Part shown: one piece after another, positions 50,971 to 64,000 of the stretch
Layout: every line of letters begins with the position of its first letter
How positions within the stretch are numbered: the first letter of the stretch is position 1
Assembly: GCF_001194135.2 (NCBI RefSeq)
Contig: NC_068995.1
Span: 14,806,037 to 14,870,036 of the forward strand
Direction: 5' to 3'
From: Octopus bimaculoides
Taxonomy: Eukaryota
Length of the DNA: 64,000 bases
Notes under the pieces: model-generated
Database searches by the model: none
The model's input: only the letters and a program-made list of their open reading frames with translations
What the model was told of the DNA's origin: nothing
Program-made: the position numbers and the translations under genes

Positions 50971-51205
50971 ATATAATCCATATTAACTTAAGAGAAGAAA
51001 ATGGTGAGTTAGTGATTAATAATTATTTATTAATAAATTGATAATCATTTCTTCCTACAGCTGTTTCCATTTATACTCATAAATTTATAATTTATTCCAT
51101 GAGTATAAATGGAAACAGCTGTAGGAAGAAATGACTATCAATTTATTAATAAATAATTATTAACCACTAACTTTCCATTTTCTCTAAATTTAATACGGAT
51201 TATAT
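50971..51205. mobile_element. Fold-back MITE-like palindrome upstream of copy 2
   Basis: ~110 bp arms, inner 64 bp with 1 mismatch, 18 nt loop. Confidence 0.8.
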
Positions 51206-52157
51206 ACTACATATATACCTATTGATTTAAGGAAATTTTATTTCCTAAATATGTAAGGTATAGAACCAATGTTTTCTTGGATATAATCATCCCTTTAAGA
51301 GGTTAATATATCCTAAGTTAAGGAATGAAGTAAATAAAATCCGGGCTACATGTTTCATAGTGAGCAGAACCTCAGAAGTAGTAAATATTCAAGCAAGGTG
51401 TATACTGCAGGCTGCTCTTTTAGCCATTACTACCATTCCTCTTCTTCTCAAGATTTTAAATTTTACTACTAATACCACCACTTTAAGCATACATTTTTCT
51501 TCCCATCGACCACAAGTACATTATCCTCCACACCTTCCCCTTCCCTCACCTCCTCACTATCCTATTCAGATACCACTCCCCATTCCTCTCTCTCTCTGAC
51601 TCGGCTTAAATGGCCCTATTGAAAATCATCTGTGAAATGACTCCACCTAAATTCTTTACTTGTAAACTTCCCCACTCCCTTATATACTTTCTCTTTTTTT
51701 TCTTATATTCTTGATTTCTCTCTACAATTACATTCTCCACTCAAACTGCGCTTTCTACACATTCTGATAGAATCCTCCGTGTGTTAATATGGACTTCCTA
51801 ACGACAATGCAAACTTCATTTAACCATGATACTTTTGGCCTGAAGAGTAGCCTGTCGTATACACCTCGCTTGGATATTTACTACTTCCGAGGTTCCTCTT
51901 GCTATGAAACATATGTAGCCCAGATTTTATCCACTCCATCCCTTAACTCTTGGATTTTTATTCACATACCCAGCAAACCTGACTGCCAACCATGAACTAT
52001 AAAATAATATTTTTCAGCTTATCATACTTCGATACAGGAAAAATTCACAACTTTCTGCACCAATAAACCACTGTTGTTCCTGAAAGTTGCTTTTTTATAT
52101 TTGCTACAGATTGCTTGAAGCTTGCTTTCTTTCTACACCTTGATCCATGCAGCTTAC

Positions 52158-52197
<40 letters not shown>

Positions 52198-52489
52198 TGG
52201 TCTTCTTTCACTTTCTATCTACTATATACACTACCATATACACTCACAAGGCTTTGGTCGGCCCGAAGCTATAGCAGAAGACACTTGCCCAAGGTGCCAC
52301 GTAATGGGACTGAACCCGGAACCATGTAGTTCGTAAGCAAGCTACTTACCACACAGCCACTCCTACGCCTACTAAAAACTGTGAAAGTACGTCCTTCAAG
52401 AAAATAGTGAAAATAGCAGACACCTAGATGGGCAGTTAACAGATCCCAGTCAAAAACACTATATTTTTGTTTGGCCCTACGATATAATA

Positions 52490-53005
52490 GGCTTGAGAAG
52501 ACCTGTTGAGTCAAGTAAAACCAATATCATTGCTGTGGCCAGTGTCCCCTGACTGGCTCCTGTGCCAGTGGCATGTAAAAAGCACCATCTGAATGTGGTC
52601 AATGCTAGTACCCCCTGACTGGCTCCCATGAAGGTGGCACATAAAAAGCACCATCCGAACATAGTCAATACCAGTACCTCTTGATTGGCTCTCGTGCTGG
52701 TAGCATGTAAAAAGCATCAACAGAACGTGGCTGATGTCAGTACCCCCAACTGGCCCACGTGCCGGTGGCACATAAAAAGCACTATCTGAATGTGATTGAT
52801 GCAAGGCCCGCCTGACTGGCTCCTGTGCTGGTGGCACGTAAAAAGCACCCACTACACTATCAAAGTGGTTGGCATTAGGAAGGGCATCCAGCTTTAGAAA
52901 CATTGCCAGATCAGATTGGAGCCTGGTGCAGCTGGTGGCTCTCCAGATCAGTCAAACCATCCAACCCATGCCAGCATGGAAAGCAGACATTAAACGACGA
53001 TGATG
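52490..53005 (-). mobile_element. Second SINE/LINE-tail family with ~60 bp internal subrepeats and (GAT)n tail (representative)
   Basis: ggcattaggaagggcatccagc...aacccatgccagcatggaaag; relatives at ~2050, 4790, 5500, 24965, 32520, 34040, 46650, 58540. Confidence 0.8.
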
Positions 53006-55269
53006 ATGNNNNNNNNNNNNNNNNNNNNNNNNNNNNNNNNNNNNNNNNNNNNNNNNNNNNNNNNNNNNNNNNNNNNNNNNNNNNNNNNNNNNNNNNNNNN
53101 NNNNNNNNNNNNNNNNNNNNNNNNNNNNNNNNNNNNNNNNNNNNNNNNNNNNNNNNNNNNNNNNNNNNNNNNNNNNNNNNNNNNNNNNNNNNNNNNNNNN
53201 NNNNNNNNNNNNNNNNNNNNNNNNNNNNNNNNNNNNNNNNNNNNNNNNNNNNNNNNNNNNNNNNNNNNNNNNNNNNNNNNNNNNNNNNNNNNNNNNNNNN
53301 NNNNNNNNNNNNNNNNNNNNNNNNNNNNNNNNNNNNNNNNNNNNNNNNNNNNNNNNNNNNNNNNNNNNNNNNNNNNNNNNNNNNNNNNNNNNNNNNNNNN
53401 NNNNNNNNNNNNNNNNNNNNNNNNNNNNNNNNNNNNNNNNNNNNNNNNNNNNNNNNNNNNNNNNNNNNNNNNNNNNNNNNNNNNNNNNNNNNNNNNNNNN
53501 NNNNNNNNNNNNNNNNNNNNNNNNNNNNNNNNNNNNNNNNNNNNNNNNNNNNNNNNNNNNNNNNNNNNNNNNNNNNNNNNNNNNNNNNNNNNNNNNNNNN
53601 NNNNNNNNNNNNNNNNNNNNNNNNNNNNNNNNNNNNNNNNNNNNNNNNNNNNNNNNNNNNNNNNNNNNNNNNNNNNNNNNNNNNNNNNNNNNNNNNNNNN
53701 NNNNNNNAACTCTTTGAGACTGTACTCCAGCATGGCCTGTCCAAAAACCAAAACAAGTAAATGGTGAAAAATATGTATTATATAATGACAAAGTCATTTT
53801 GATGAACTCTTCATTGTTTTCAAGATTAATTGAAATAAAAGGTTTTGTGTCTCAATAGAAATATGGTAACAAAAGAATCAGAGATACCAGTGACATTCAC
53901 CAATGAATGCAGTGCTGGCTTAACCATTAAGCAAAATAAGCGTATGCATAGGGCATCAAGGGAAGTGCAGGGGGGGGGGCGGCACCACAGAAATGGTAAA
54001 TGGTTTACAGCACAAAAGAAAATCACTTTAAACTTACTAAAATAATGTTCAGGATAACTTATCTCAACTAAGTATGAAAGCAGATGTGTTACATTAGATT
54101 AATTTTGAGGATCTGATCAAAGACATTGCAATTTAAAAAAGTAGGAGAAAACATTTCAAATATAAAGTAGAAGTATACAAAATTAAACATTATTTTGCAT
54201 TTTACAGTTAGTTTTGTTTCATTTTGAAAAATAAAAATTACTACGAGATAATTACATGCATTATCTCGTAGCTTCAGGAGGTTAATGATGTGATTATTAT
54301 TTTTACAATGACATTCATTGTTGGGTAGGTGTGAGATGCTGGTTCTAGCCGGTTCTGGCTGATTCCAACATAAAACAGGTAGGATTTTTTTGGCTGGAAA
54401 TGGCCAGTTTAAATGCTAAAAGTTTAACTTTAAGTTGACCCTGATCCTGCATTCATATGATCACAGACATTCCAGTAGTTGAGCCCAAGTTTATCAATAT
54501 ATAAATGACTATATTATCTAGTGTGTCCTTCCTTATTTAAAGATAATATGTGTGATCTGAGAGAGATTTGACTACTATTTCTAGTAGATTGAGTAATCAT
54601 CCATCATTTTAGACAGGATGTATTTCATATCAATTTATTATTCAATATATTTTCCCATTCTTAAGACGGTAGGTTGTGTGATTTCTGGGTAATTCGTTTG
54701 CAGTATCTTTCAAGTTTAATGACTATCCAAAATTATCCACTTAATTCCCCTTTTATGATTTGAAGGAGGTTTAGCTACTGTTTCCAACGCGCTGAGTGAG
54801 ACCACATAGAACTCTCCCCCGTTGATTCATATCCCTACTGGTTTCATGAGAAAGTAAGGGAGTAGATCAGTCAATGTTAAACAATGCTTGACATAAATGG
54901 TTTTCTAAATGACACTAGTGATATGCGTAAAGGGAAGTAACTGTGACTTACAATCGAATCAAGGCTCAAGAGATCACAATTCACTTAGAAATTAAAGACT
55001 TGAGCCTTGGTTTTTTACGACAGCACAGGGCGATTAGAAGGAGATTTGGTTACTGTTTGGAGGCAGATTGAGTATTTGCACAGAATATAGAAACTTAGCT
55101 TGACGTGTCCTTCCTTTTTTATAAACTGTTAATGATTGATCTGAAAGCAATTTTGTTACTATTTTGAGCGTATCGATAAGCTATAAAACCAACGACACAA
55201 CACACTCAAACATCAATGAAGAAAGCAAAAAAGATATTTTATTAAAACTTCAGTGAAGTGAACATTATT

Positions 55270-55590
55270 TACATTTGACGGATATTTGTCCTCATCTTTT
55301 TTTGTTGTTAACACAACATTTCGGCTGATATACCCTCCAGCCTTCATCAGGTGTCTTGGGGAAATTTTGAACCTGGGTTCTCATTCCTAAGGTATTTTTC
55401 GATGTTATTATTATTATTATTATTATTGTTCAGGTCACTGCTTGGAATCGAACTTGGAATCTTGGGGTTAGTAGCCCGCGCTAGTGACATGAACAATAAC
55501 AATAATAATAATAATAACAACACCAACAACAACATCGAAAAATACCTTAGGAATGAGAACCCAGGTTCGAAATTTCCCCAAGACACCTGA
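55270..55590. mobile_element. Penelope-like terminal fragments in inverted arrangement
   Basis: 55347-55439 and 55483-55590 are inverted copies; hammerhead motif on the left copy. Confidence 0.65.
55310..55355 (-). ncRNA. Minimal type I hammerhead-ribozyme-like motif (degenerate stem III)
   Basis: GACAC-CUGAUGA-A-GGCUG(10 nt)CAGCC-GAAA-UGUU-GUGUU. Confidence 0.55.
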
Positions 55591-56599
55591 AGACACTCAC
55601 AGACTCAGCTATATAGATATAGATATAACATAGTATTCTTTCTATGTTCTACATTATATATTTTAATAATTACTGGTATTTTTATATATGTAAAGCATAA
55701 TATGTTATACATGTATGTATATTGTTATAATTGTTTTTCTTTAAAAATAAATAAATAGACATAATATAATGTCTAAAAGTTGATCAATACCACCTCTTGA
55801 TCCCCCTCCATTTTCTTATTGCCGTATAAACCAAGGGCAAAACAACTTTTCACCCTCACCCATTTATTTACATTCAGTAGTGTAATTGCCACGCAATGAA
55901 AAAACACTTGTCTATTAATAATTGGGTATTCTACTAGCAGTATATTAGATAGATATTATCCCTTAGTTGGTTGGATTCACAACCTCTAATTCTCTTGGAA
56001 TTATATATATATCCAACCCATGCTAGCATGGAAAGCGGACGTTAAACGATATATATATACAAATAATTTTTATCTGCCTGTCGTGGTACTTAAATGAGAA
56101 TGAGATGTAAGAGGACAATGTTTTTGAGATTCCGGTTCGAATGACATGAGTGTTTTTGTTTCACTTTTGACATGTAATACTTAAATACTGGAGGAGATAT
56201 GATGTTGCTGTGGGCTGGAAGTATGCAAGAAGTTAAAATTTTTTTTTGACTAAAACTCAACCGGGACCCTAAGTAAGGCATGTGTAAAATTTGAATGAAA
56301 TTGTTTGTGTAGTTCTGGAGTTTTAGGGATTCACACACACACACACATATACATTCTTAATTTTATATATATATAGATATATACATACATAGTATGAGCT
56401 CCAACTGCTTGTCCACAAGCATGCAACACATCTGCTAATATACAACATTAGCAGATGCATGTCTAAACTGTTAATCAACAGAGAAATATTTAACAATATT
56501 TCCATCACCACGTCATGACAATGGTCATTTAACTAGAAGCGGTTTTAGCAACGAGCTAAAATACATAATACAGCCCACGCAACACATAATATCTTTATG

Positions 56600-57335
56600 A
56601 TTATCTTCATTATCGGAATCATCATTATGATCATCACTATCATTGTTGTTGTCCTCGTCACTGTTACATCACCACCATCACTACTATCACCATCACCATC
56701 ATCATCATTATCATTATTCTTGTTGTCATCATTATTCTCATCATCTATGTCGTCATTATTGCTGCCATCCTTGTCATCATCGTCATCATGGTCGTTATCA
56801 ACTTCAATAGCAAAGGCAGGAGGGTGTCAGCATCATAACTGTCATCATCATCATCATCATCATCACTGTTATCATTGTCGTTATCATCATCATCATCACC
56901 ATCACCATCACCACCACCACCACTGTCATCATCATCATCATCACCATCACTATCATTATCACAATAACGATGATCATGATCAAGTCTATCTTCATCATCA
57001 TCACCCTCATCACCCTCATCATCATCATCATCATCATCGTTGTCTTCATCATCATCATCATCATCGTTGGCGTCATCGTCATCATCACTTTAATGTCCCT
57101 GTTTCCATGCTGGTGCTAAAACATCATCACATAATCTATGTAAAAGTGCTTTAATTTTTATATTTTGTTTTTTGTTTTTTTTTATATATTTTTTAAAAGT
57201 AATTAAGAATTAACTACAAAGCTGACTAATTAATTAATTATTGCTGTAATTACTAGAATTATAATTGTTGTTGTTGCTATTAACGTTGACGTTGATGTTG
57301 TTATTTTTGTTGTTGTTGTTGGTATTATTGTTGTT

Positions 57336-57366
<31 letters not shown>

Positions 57367-57400
57367 CTATTATTGTTATTGTTGTTTTTAAGCTGAACAT
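56600..57400. repeat. Compound (CAT)n / (TTG)n microsatellite tract
   Basis: Read directly. Confidence 0.9.
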
Positions 57401-57636
57401 TTGGATGAGATGGAGATGAGGAGATGTTCAAAAATTTGGAGAGTGATTACTAATGAATCATTATGGATGGATGGATGGATTAATTGATGTATGTACGGGT
57501 GGATGTATGTGTGTATGGATGGATGGATGGACGGATGTTTGTATGTATGCAGGTATGTGTATGTATGAACATAAGTATGGATGTGTGTGTATGTATGTAA
57601 GGGTATATATATGTATATGTGTGTGTATATGTGTAT

Positions 57637-57820
57637 ACAAGGGGGGTGCCGAAAAGTTCCTGACTTTTGGTAAAAGAAAATACAGGAGTTTTATCAGTTA
57701 ATTAGGATTTTATTCAACATATTCTCCTCTCAGATTCACACACCTATTGCAGTGGTCCTTTAGTTTTTCTAAACCCTGCAAAAGGAACAAAGAAGGTTGG
57801 GTCTCCAACCAAGTTTTTCA
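57637..57820 (+). mobile_element. Truncated 5' end of a second mariner-type family
   Basis: TA-CAAGGGGGTGCCGAAAAGTTCCTG TIR-like start; no ORF follows. Confidence 0.5.
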
Positions 57821-58009
57821 TGATACCCATGCAATGGGACTGAACCTGAAGCCCCATGGTTGAAAAGCAAGCTTCTTAACCACATAGCCAGGCCTGTGCC
57901 TAGCCATATAAAAAAACTTTATGAAGCATTACAAACCTGATGGCAGACATAAGTGAAGTTATGTACTGCACTGGACAGAATTTAGGGTTTAAGGGGATAC
58001 TGAGAATAT

Positions 58010-58220
58010 TGTTTCAAATTTTGGCACAAACCCAGCAATTTCAGTGGAGGATAAATTGATTACATTGACCCCAGAGCTCAGCTGGTACTTATTTTATCGA
58101 CGCCAAAAGGATAAAACACAAAGCCGACTTCAGCAAAATTTGAACTCAGAACATGAAGACAGATGAAATGCCACTAAATATTTTACCTGCTGTGCTAAGG
58201 ATTCTGTCAGCTCGCTACCT
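58010..58220 (-). mobile_element. Fourth short SINE family (representative)
   Basis: ctgagttcaaatt...ggggtcaatgtaatc core; relatives at ~14410, 24740, 26920, 32890, 33680, 45800. Confidence 0.7.
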
Positions 58221-59152
58221 TGAAATGATATTAATAATTAATATATGATTTCTAGAAACAGGAAGAAGTTTGTGATTTTAGCAGTAATTAATAATGATGG
58301 AGGTAATTGCTTAGCTTAATTAAGTTCACAATATAGGAATCAATAACATTTCTGTTGTATCTGTCTTGGAAGACATTAGAATTCCGCCAAAACAACTCAG
58401 TTGAAATCAGAGAGAGAGATCATAAGGCATGTCTACAACCACTCAACTATTTTGGCATATTGTCATCATGATCAACATCAACACCATCATTATCATCATC
58501 ATCATCATCATCATCATTATCATCATCATCATCATCATCATCATCATTTAACATCCATTTACCATCCTGGCATGGGTTAGACAGTTTGACAGGAGCAGGT
58601 AAGCCAGAGAGCTGCCCAAGGCTCCAGTTGTCTTTTTTTAGCATGCTTTCTATGGCTGGATGCCCTTCCTAACGCCAGTCACTTCACAGAGGGTACTGGG
58701 TGCTTTTTATGTGGTACCAGCATGGCACCAGCATGTGACACCAGCACAGATGCTTTTTATGTGGTGTTTAGTGATAATTATAATTCTCCATTTTGGTGAA
58801 ACACTGCAAACCGCTGTTTATACTAATTTTATATATACACATTAGCAAATTACTAAATCATTCAATAATTTGGATGGTGAAAACATAAATACTAATGGTG
58901 AAACAAGTCTAGAAAAAGTCAAACAATTGAACTGGCTTAACAGATGAGGCAACAGAAATTGCCAAAACTGACGTCAGTCTTAAGAATTCTCAACTGGCAC
59001 CTTTTTAGGTGATTATGATCCCAGTTAGTGTATAAGTTTTCATTCATATGTGCTAACTACAACATTAGAGTGGTTTAGCTCTTATTTCTAGCAATGTAGG
59101 TGTTTCCTAACACCCTAGTCACATTTAGTGACAATTACAATATATACATATA

Positions 59153-59208
<56 letters not shown>

Positions 59209-59220
59209 CACACATATATA

Positions 59221-60500
59221 TATTGGACCATCCCATAAATAATGTGGTTTTTTCCAATTGCATGAACTAAAAGTTGGAAGGGGACGGGATAAACTACCTG
59301 TATCAACTTGCTATAAAAGCAGGTAGTAATTTTACCTTGTCTGTATTCTTAGTGCAGGTTTTGAAGAGTGCAGTTCAATTTGAACACCTTTTTTTTTTCA
59401 AGGTTATAATGGAAGTGACAAAGGAGCATATTCGGCATATTTTGCTTTATGAGTTCAATAAAGGCAACAATGCAACAGAAAGTGCAAGGAATATTTGTGT
59501 TATATGGGAATTGGACACTAAGTGTAAGCTAGTGTCAACAGTGGTTCCAGGAATTCCAAATTGGGGACTACAGCCTAGAAGACGAGTTTCATCCTGAAAG
59601 ATCTGTAGAGCTTGATGAGGATGTCCTGCAAACCCTGGTGGAACAAAATCCCATCATAACTGTTGAGGAACTAGCAGAGAAGCTTGGATTTGGTCATTGA
59701 ACCATTCATTGACACCTGCATGCCATCAGAAAAGTCAGCAGATTGGGTCAATGGGTTCCTCACAAACTCTCTGAGTTTAATCACAGAGAGTGAATGTGTG
59801 CTCTTCTTTGCTGTCACATCTCTGAATGAACTTTCTTTGGACTGAATGACTCATGATGAGAAATGGGTTCTCTATAAAGATGTCAAGCACTGAAGACAGT
59901 GGCTAGGGAAAGGAGAAACACTGGTACCCCACGCTAAAGAAGATCATCATCCACATAAGGTGCTGTTAGTTGTTCGGTGGGATATGAAAGGTTTAGTCCA
60001 CTTTGAACTTTTAAAACCAAACCAAATGATAACAAAGGAGATCCACTGCAGCTTGAGTGGCTTAAGTCAGTGTTAGAAGAAACTGGCCATCTTTGGTTTC
60101 AAGATGAAAGCTGTTCTTCCATCAGGATAATGCTTGGCCACATACAGTGAGGATGAGATTCCAGAGGTTAGAGCAGTTTGAATGGGAAATGATGCTCCAC
60201 CCACCATATTCGCTGGACATTGCCCATCTGATTATCATTTATTCCACAGCCTTCAAAATCATTTGGACGGAAAAAATACGAATTCTATAGACGAGGCCAG
60301 AATAGTACTGGAGGAGTATTTTTCATCACAGACAAGTGAATTTTGGAAGAGGGTCCTTGCAAGTCTACCAGACAGATGGAAGAGCATTGTAGAAAATGAA
60401 GGAGAGTATATTTTAGATTAAAAAAGAACTTTGTTTATCTTAATTTTGAAAAATAAAAGAAGTAAAAAAAAAACTGCATTATTTATGGGATGACCCAATA
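59221..60500 (+). mobile_element. Full-length (1.28 kb) defective mariner, DD34D
   Basis: TIRs tattggaccatcccataaataatg / cattatttatgggatgacccaata, TA-flanked; transposase 59409-60421 (THDEKW, HQDNA-x34-D) with stops and frameshifts. Confidence 0.95.
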
Positions 60501-60502
60501 TA

Positions 60503-61370
60503 CATGTATGTATGTATGTACGTACGTACGTACGTACGTACGTATGTATGTATGTATGTATGTATGTATGTATGTATGTATGTATGTATGCATATAAATG
60601 CATTTATATTACATGTCAGCAAGGAAAACAGATGTAAAATGATAATGATGGTAGTCAAAGACACACACACACATAAACACACACATACATACATACTCAC
60701 ACACATATGCACATACACATACACACATGCACACACACGTACACACATGCACACACATATACACATGCATGCACACACATGCACGAACACACATGCATTC
60801 TCACACACACACTCACGTACACACATGCACACAGATACTCGCATGCGTGTGCACACACACACACATGCATGCACGCACACATGCACACACATGCATACTC
60901 ACACATGCATACACACGCACGTGCACACACACACACACACACGTGCACACACACACACACACCCTCTGTGTGTAGCCCCTTGTGGGTAGTAAAGAGATAA
61001 CACACACACACACTTACAGTATGGTAGAATGTACACCATAAGATATCATTAATTCTATAAGAGTACATATTTCCAGCATGTATTCTCTAAAGGTTATAAT
61101 CATAAATTATTTTAAAACCACTAACTAAATTGAGAGTATGATTTAATTAATTTCGAGTAAGAATGTATTTCCTGTGATTCTTTAAAATAAATTCTGTTTA
61201 CAGCATGCAGAGAATACATGTTCCAAATATATTCTGATATTGAATTAATTAATCATAAAGCTCTAAGGACAGCTACATTATATATATATATATATATGTG
61301 CTAGCATTGCTCTGTTTCTCTAGTTATGTATCTATCATCTGCTTCTCTCTTTCTCCTCCCACACCTCTCC

Positions 61371-61410
<40 letters not shown>

Positions 61411-61420
61411 NNNNNNNNNN

Positions 61421-61458
<38 letters not shown>

Positions 61459-61802
61459 GATATATGTGTGTATGTGTGTGTGCGTGTGTGTGTGTGTGTG
61501 TGCATATTTCATTTTAAACCGAGCGTCAACCTAATATTGTGTATGTCCTTTTGTTGTTTTTGTCTTTTTGATTTGCCTATACATACATACATGCATACAT
61601 ACATACATACATACATATATACATACATGTGCATGTGTGTGCATGCGTGTGTGTGTGTGTGTCTGTCTATGCATGTATATGTATGTATGTATGTACAAAA
61701 CCAATAAAACCACACATATATATATGTGTGTATTTGTGTGTGTATATATATGTGTGCATATATGTATATATATATATATGTATGTATGTATATATATGTA
61801 TG

Positions 61803-61880
<78 letters not shown>
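60503..61880. repeat. (ATGT)n, (CA)n, (CT)n, (TA)n, (GATA)n microsatellite block
   Basis: Read directly. Confidence 0.9.
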
Positions 61881-61886
<6 letters not shown>

Positions 61887-62612
61887 TAAAGTGTCAAAGC
61901 ATGAAACTCTTGGACCTTGAGCCACTCTGTTGCTTCTGCTAAATTGTAATAAATATGTGTCTGTGTGTGTGTGTGTGTAGTAAACAAACACAAATGGATA
62001 CATTAAAACATCACTGCACATGCTTCAAAAGTGGTTTAATTCAAACGCAACTCCATTACATAATTCAATAGGTAACTTAACATAAATTCATATATACTTA
62101 TAGGAATTTCATATACTCATATACATATACTTATATGCTTACCATTTCATCAAGTGATATTCTATCGAGTGTTTTGGCACAGATATGAATAGGAGCAAGC
62201 ATGGCTGTGTGGTAAAAACTTTGCTTTCCAGCCTCATGTCTTTGGTTTCAGTATCACTGTATGGTGCCTTTGACAAGTCTCTTCTACTACAGCTCTTGAG
62301 CCAGCCAAAGTCTAGTAAGTGGATTTGGTTGATGGGACCTGAAGGAAGCCCATAGCATACAAACTAGTGTGTGTGTGTGTGTATGTGTGTTTTTTCTCGA
62401 CATTGTGTGATTGTTTTAAATGAATGGCATTCATTTCCAATATTCTGAGAAAGCACATCTGACCACGGGGGGAAAAAAATGACCTTGCTTGAAATCAGGT
62501 ATGGGTTTGTGACAAGAAGGACATCTGGCTGTATAAAATCTGACTCTGTAACCCCTGTCTGACCCGTGCAAGCATGGAAAAGTGGACATTAAAACAATGA
62601 TGAAATGGTATA

Positions 62613-62654
<42 letters not shown>

Positions 62655-62879
62655 CCAAGAGAGTTAGGGGTTGAGGGTTCAACCCACTAAGGGATAATAT
62701 ATATCCAATATACTGCTGGCAGGGTGCCCAATTATTGCTACACTAGTATTATACCAAGTGCAATAATTGGTTGCGGGTAAAAGGGGTTTTATTTACTCTA
62801 AATTTATATAGCAATAAGAAAATGAAGGGGAATATGAGGTACTCATCAGCTTGCAGACATTGTATTCCGTTGATTAATC

Positions 62880-62993
62880 TGATGATGATGACGATGATGA
62901 TGACGATGACAATGATGACGATGATGATGATGATGATGATGACAATGATGATTATGTTGACGACGATGATGATGACGACGATGATGACAACGG

Positions 62994-63029
<36 letters not shown>

Positions 63030-63945
63030 CAATGACAACGATGATGACGATGATAATGATGATAACTATAATGATTATGATGACAATGATGACGACGATG
63101 ATGACGACAACGATGATGACGATGACAACAACAACAACGACGACGACGACAACGATGACAATGATGACGATGACGATGATGTTTCTCTCTTCTGTTCTAA
63201 TGAGTTTGATAAAGACAAGTACCAATCAAGTTCTGCATCCAATTAATTGACAAAATCTTGCCCCGAAATTCGCAGCCTTGCATCTATTCTAGAAATAATT
63301 ATCGATAAGCAATTTAAAACTTATTTTGAAGTTTATCAAAAGCAACAGAAAGAAAACCTTTTATTAGAAAATTCCACAACATCATTGTTGTTGTTATTGC
63401 AGCTTGACCCCCGGTCACTTTCAGTTAAGCTGGCTTATGATCAAACGCATTCTTGCCTGGTGTCCTTTGTTTTTTTCCTCCTTTCTCAGATTAAAGGTGT
63501 CTATGACTATATTGTATGTATCTGGTCTTAGAGTTGGTACACTGTGTGTCCTGTATGTCCCCCACATTGTCATAAGAAGGGGATGAAAGTTTTGGCAACA
63601 AGAAGGACGTCTGGCTGTAAAGTATTTGCTCAGTAAAACCTTTCCAACTCATGCTAGCATGGAAAAGTAGACGTATGATGATGATGATGATACTGATGAT
63701 CATGGTGGTGGTGGTGGTGGTGGTGTTGGCGGCGGCGACAGTGGCAGTGGTGGCAGCAGTGGTAGTGGTGGTGACAGTGGCTGTGGTGGCAGTGGCTGGC
63801 TGGCTGGTGGTGGTGGTGGTGGTGGTGGTGGTTCTGGTGATGGTTCTGGTGATGGTGGTGGTGATGATGATGATGATGATGGTAGTGGTGGCCGTTGTAG
63901 TCGTAGTGGTGGTGGTGGTAGTCGTCGTCATGATGATGATGATGA
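62880..63945. repeat. Degenerate (GAT/GAC)n and (GGT)n trinucleotide tracts
   Basis: Read directly. Confidence 0.9.
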
Positions 63946-64000
63946 GTGTACCTATAATTATAACATTGCCCTATGGTCCTTTCCTCCATTTATAAGACAG

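Noticed and set aside
56597-57154. His-rich and poly-residue ORFs (also 60479-61068, 62749-63995, 42160-42501)
   Set aside because: Pure microsatellite translations.

Overview
AT-rich, repeat-dense animal genomic scaffold with many N gaps. The SINE, MITE and microsatellite families suggest an octopus (inference). The only host genes I can support are two tandem minus-strand paralogs of neutral sphingomyelinase 1 (SMPD2-like), each with 8 exons: copy 1 CDS 17215->1017 and copy 2 CDS 50261->30123. I rebuilt them by hand from GT/AG junctions with consistent phases; parts of exons 7 and 8 fall in gaps, and exon 4 of copy 2 is not visible. The paralogs are a mosaic of ~98-99% identical patches and ~75-85% identical patches. 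They also differ by an intronic inversion and a copy-1-specific mariner just upstream of the ATG. The rest is transposon-derived: mariner, Tc1-like, a rearranged pogo-like element with a PHD finger, RTE and RLE-type LINEs, a gypsy fragment, SINEs, fold-back MITEs, and two Penelope-type fragments carrying minimal hammerhead-ribozyme motifs. Almost all ORFs in the supplied track are microsatellite, SINE or N-gap artefacts. I found no clearly new biological system; the best leads are the paralog mosaic and the variant hammerheads.
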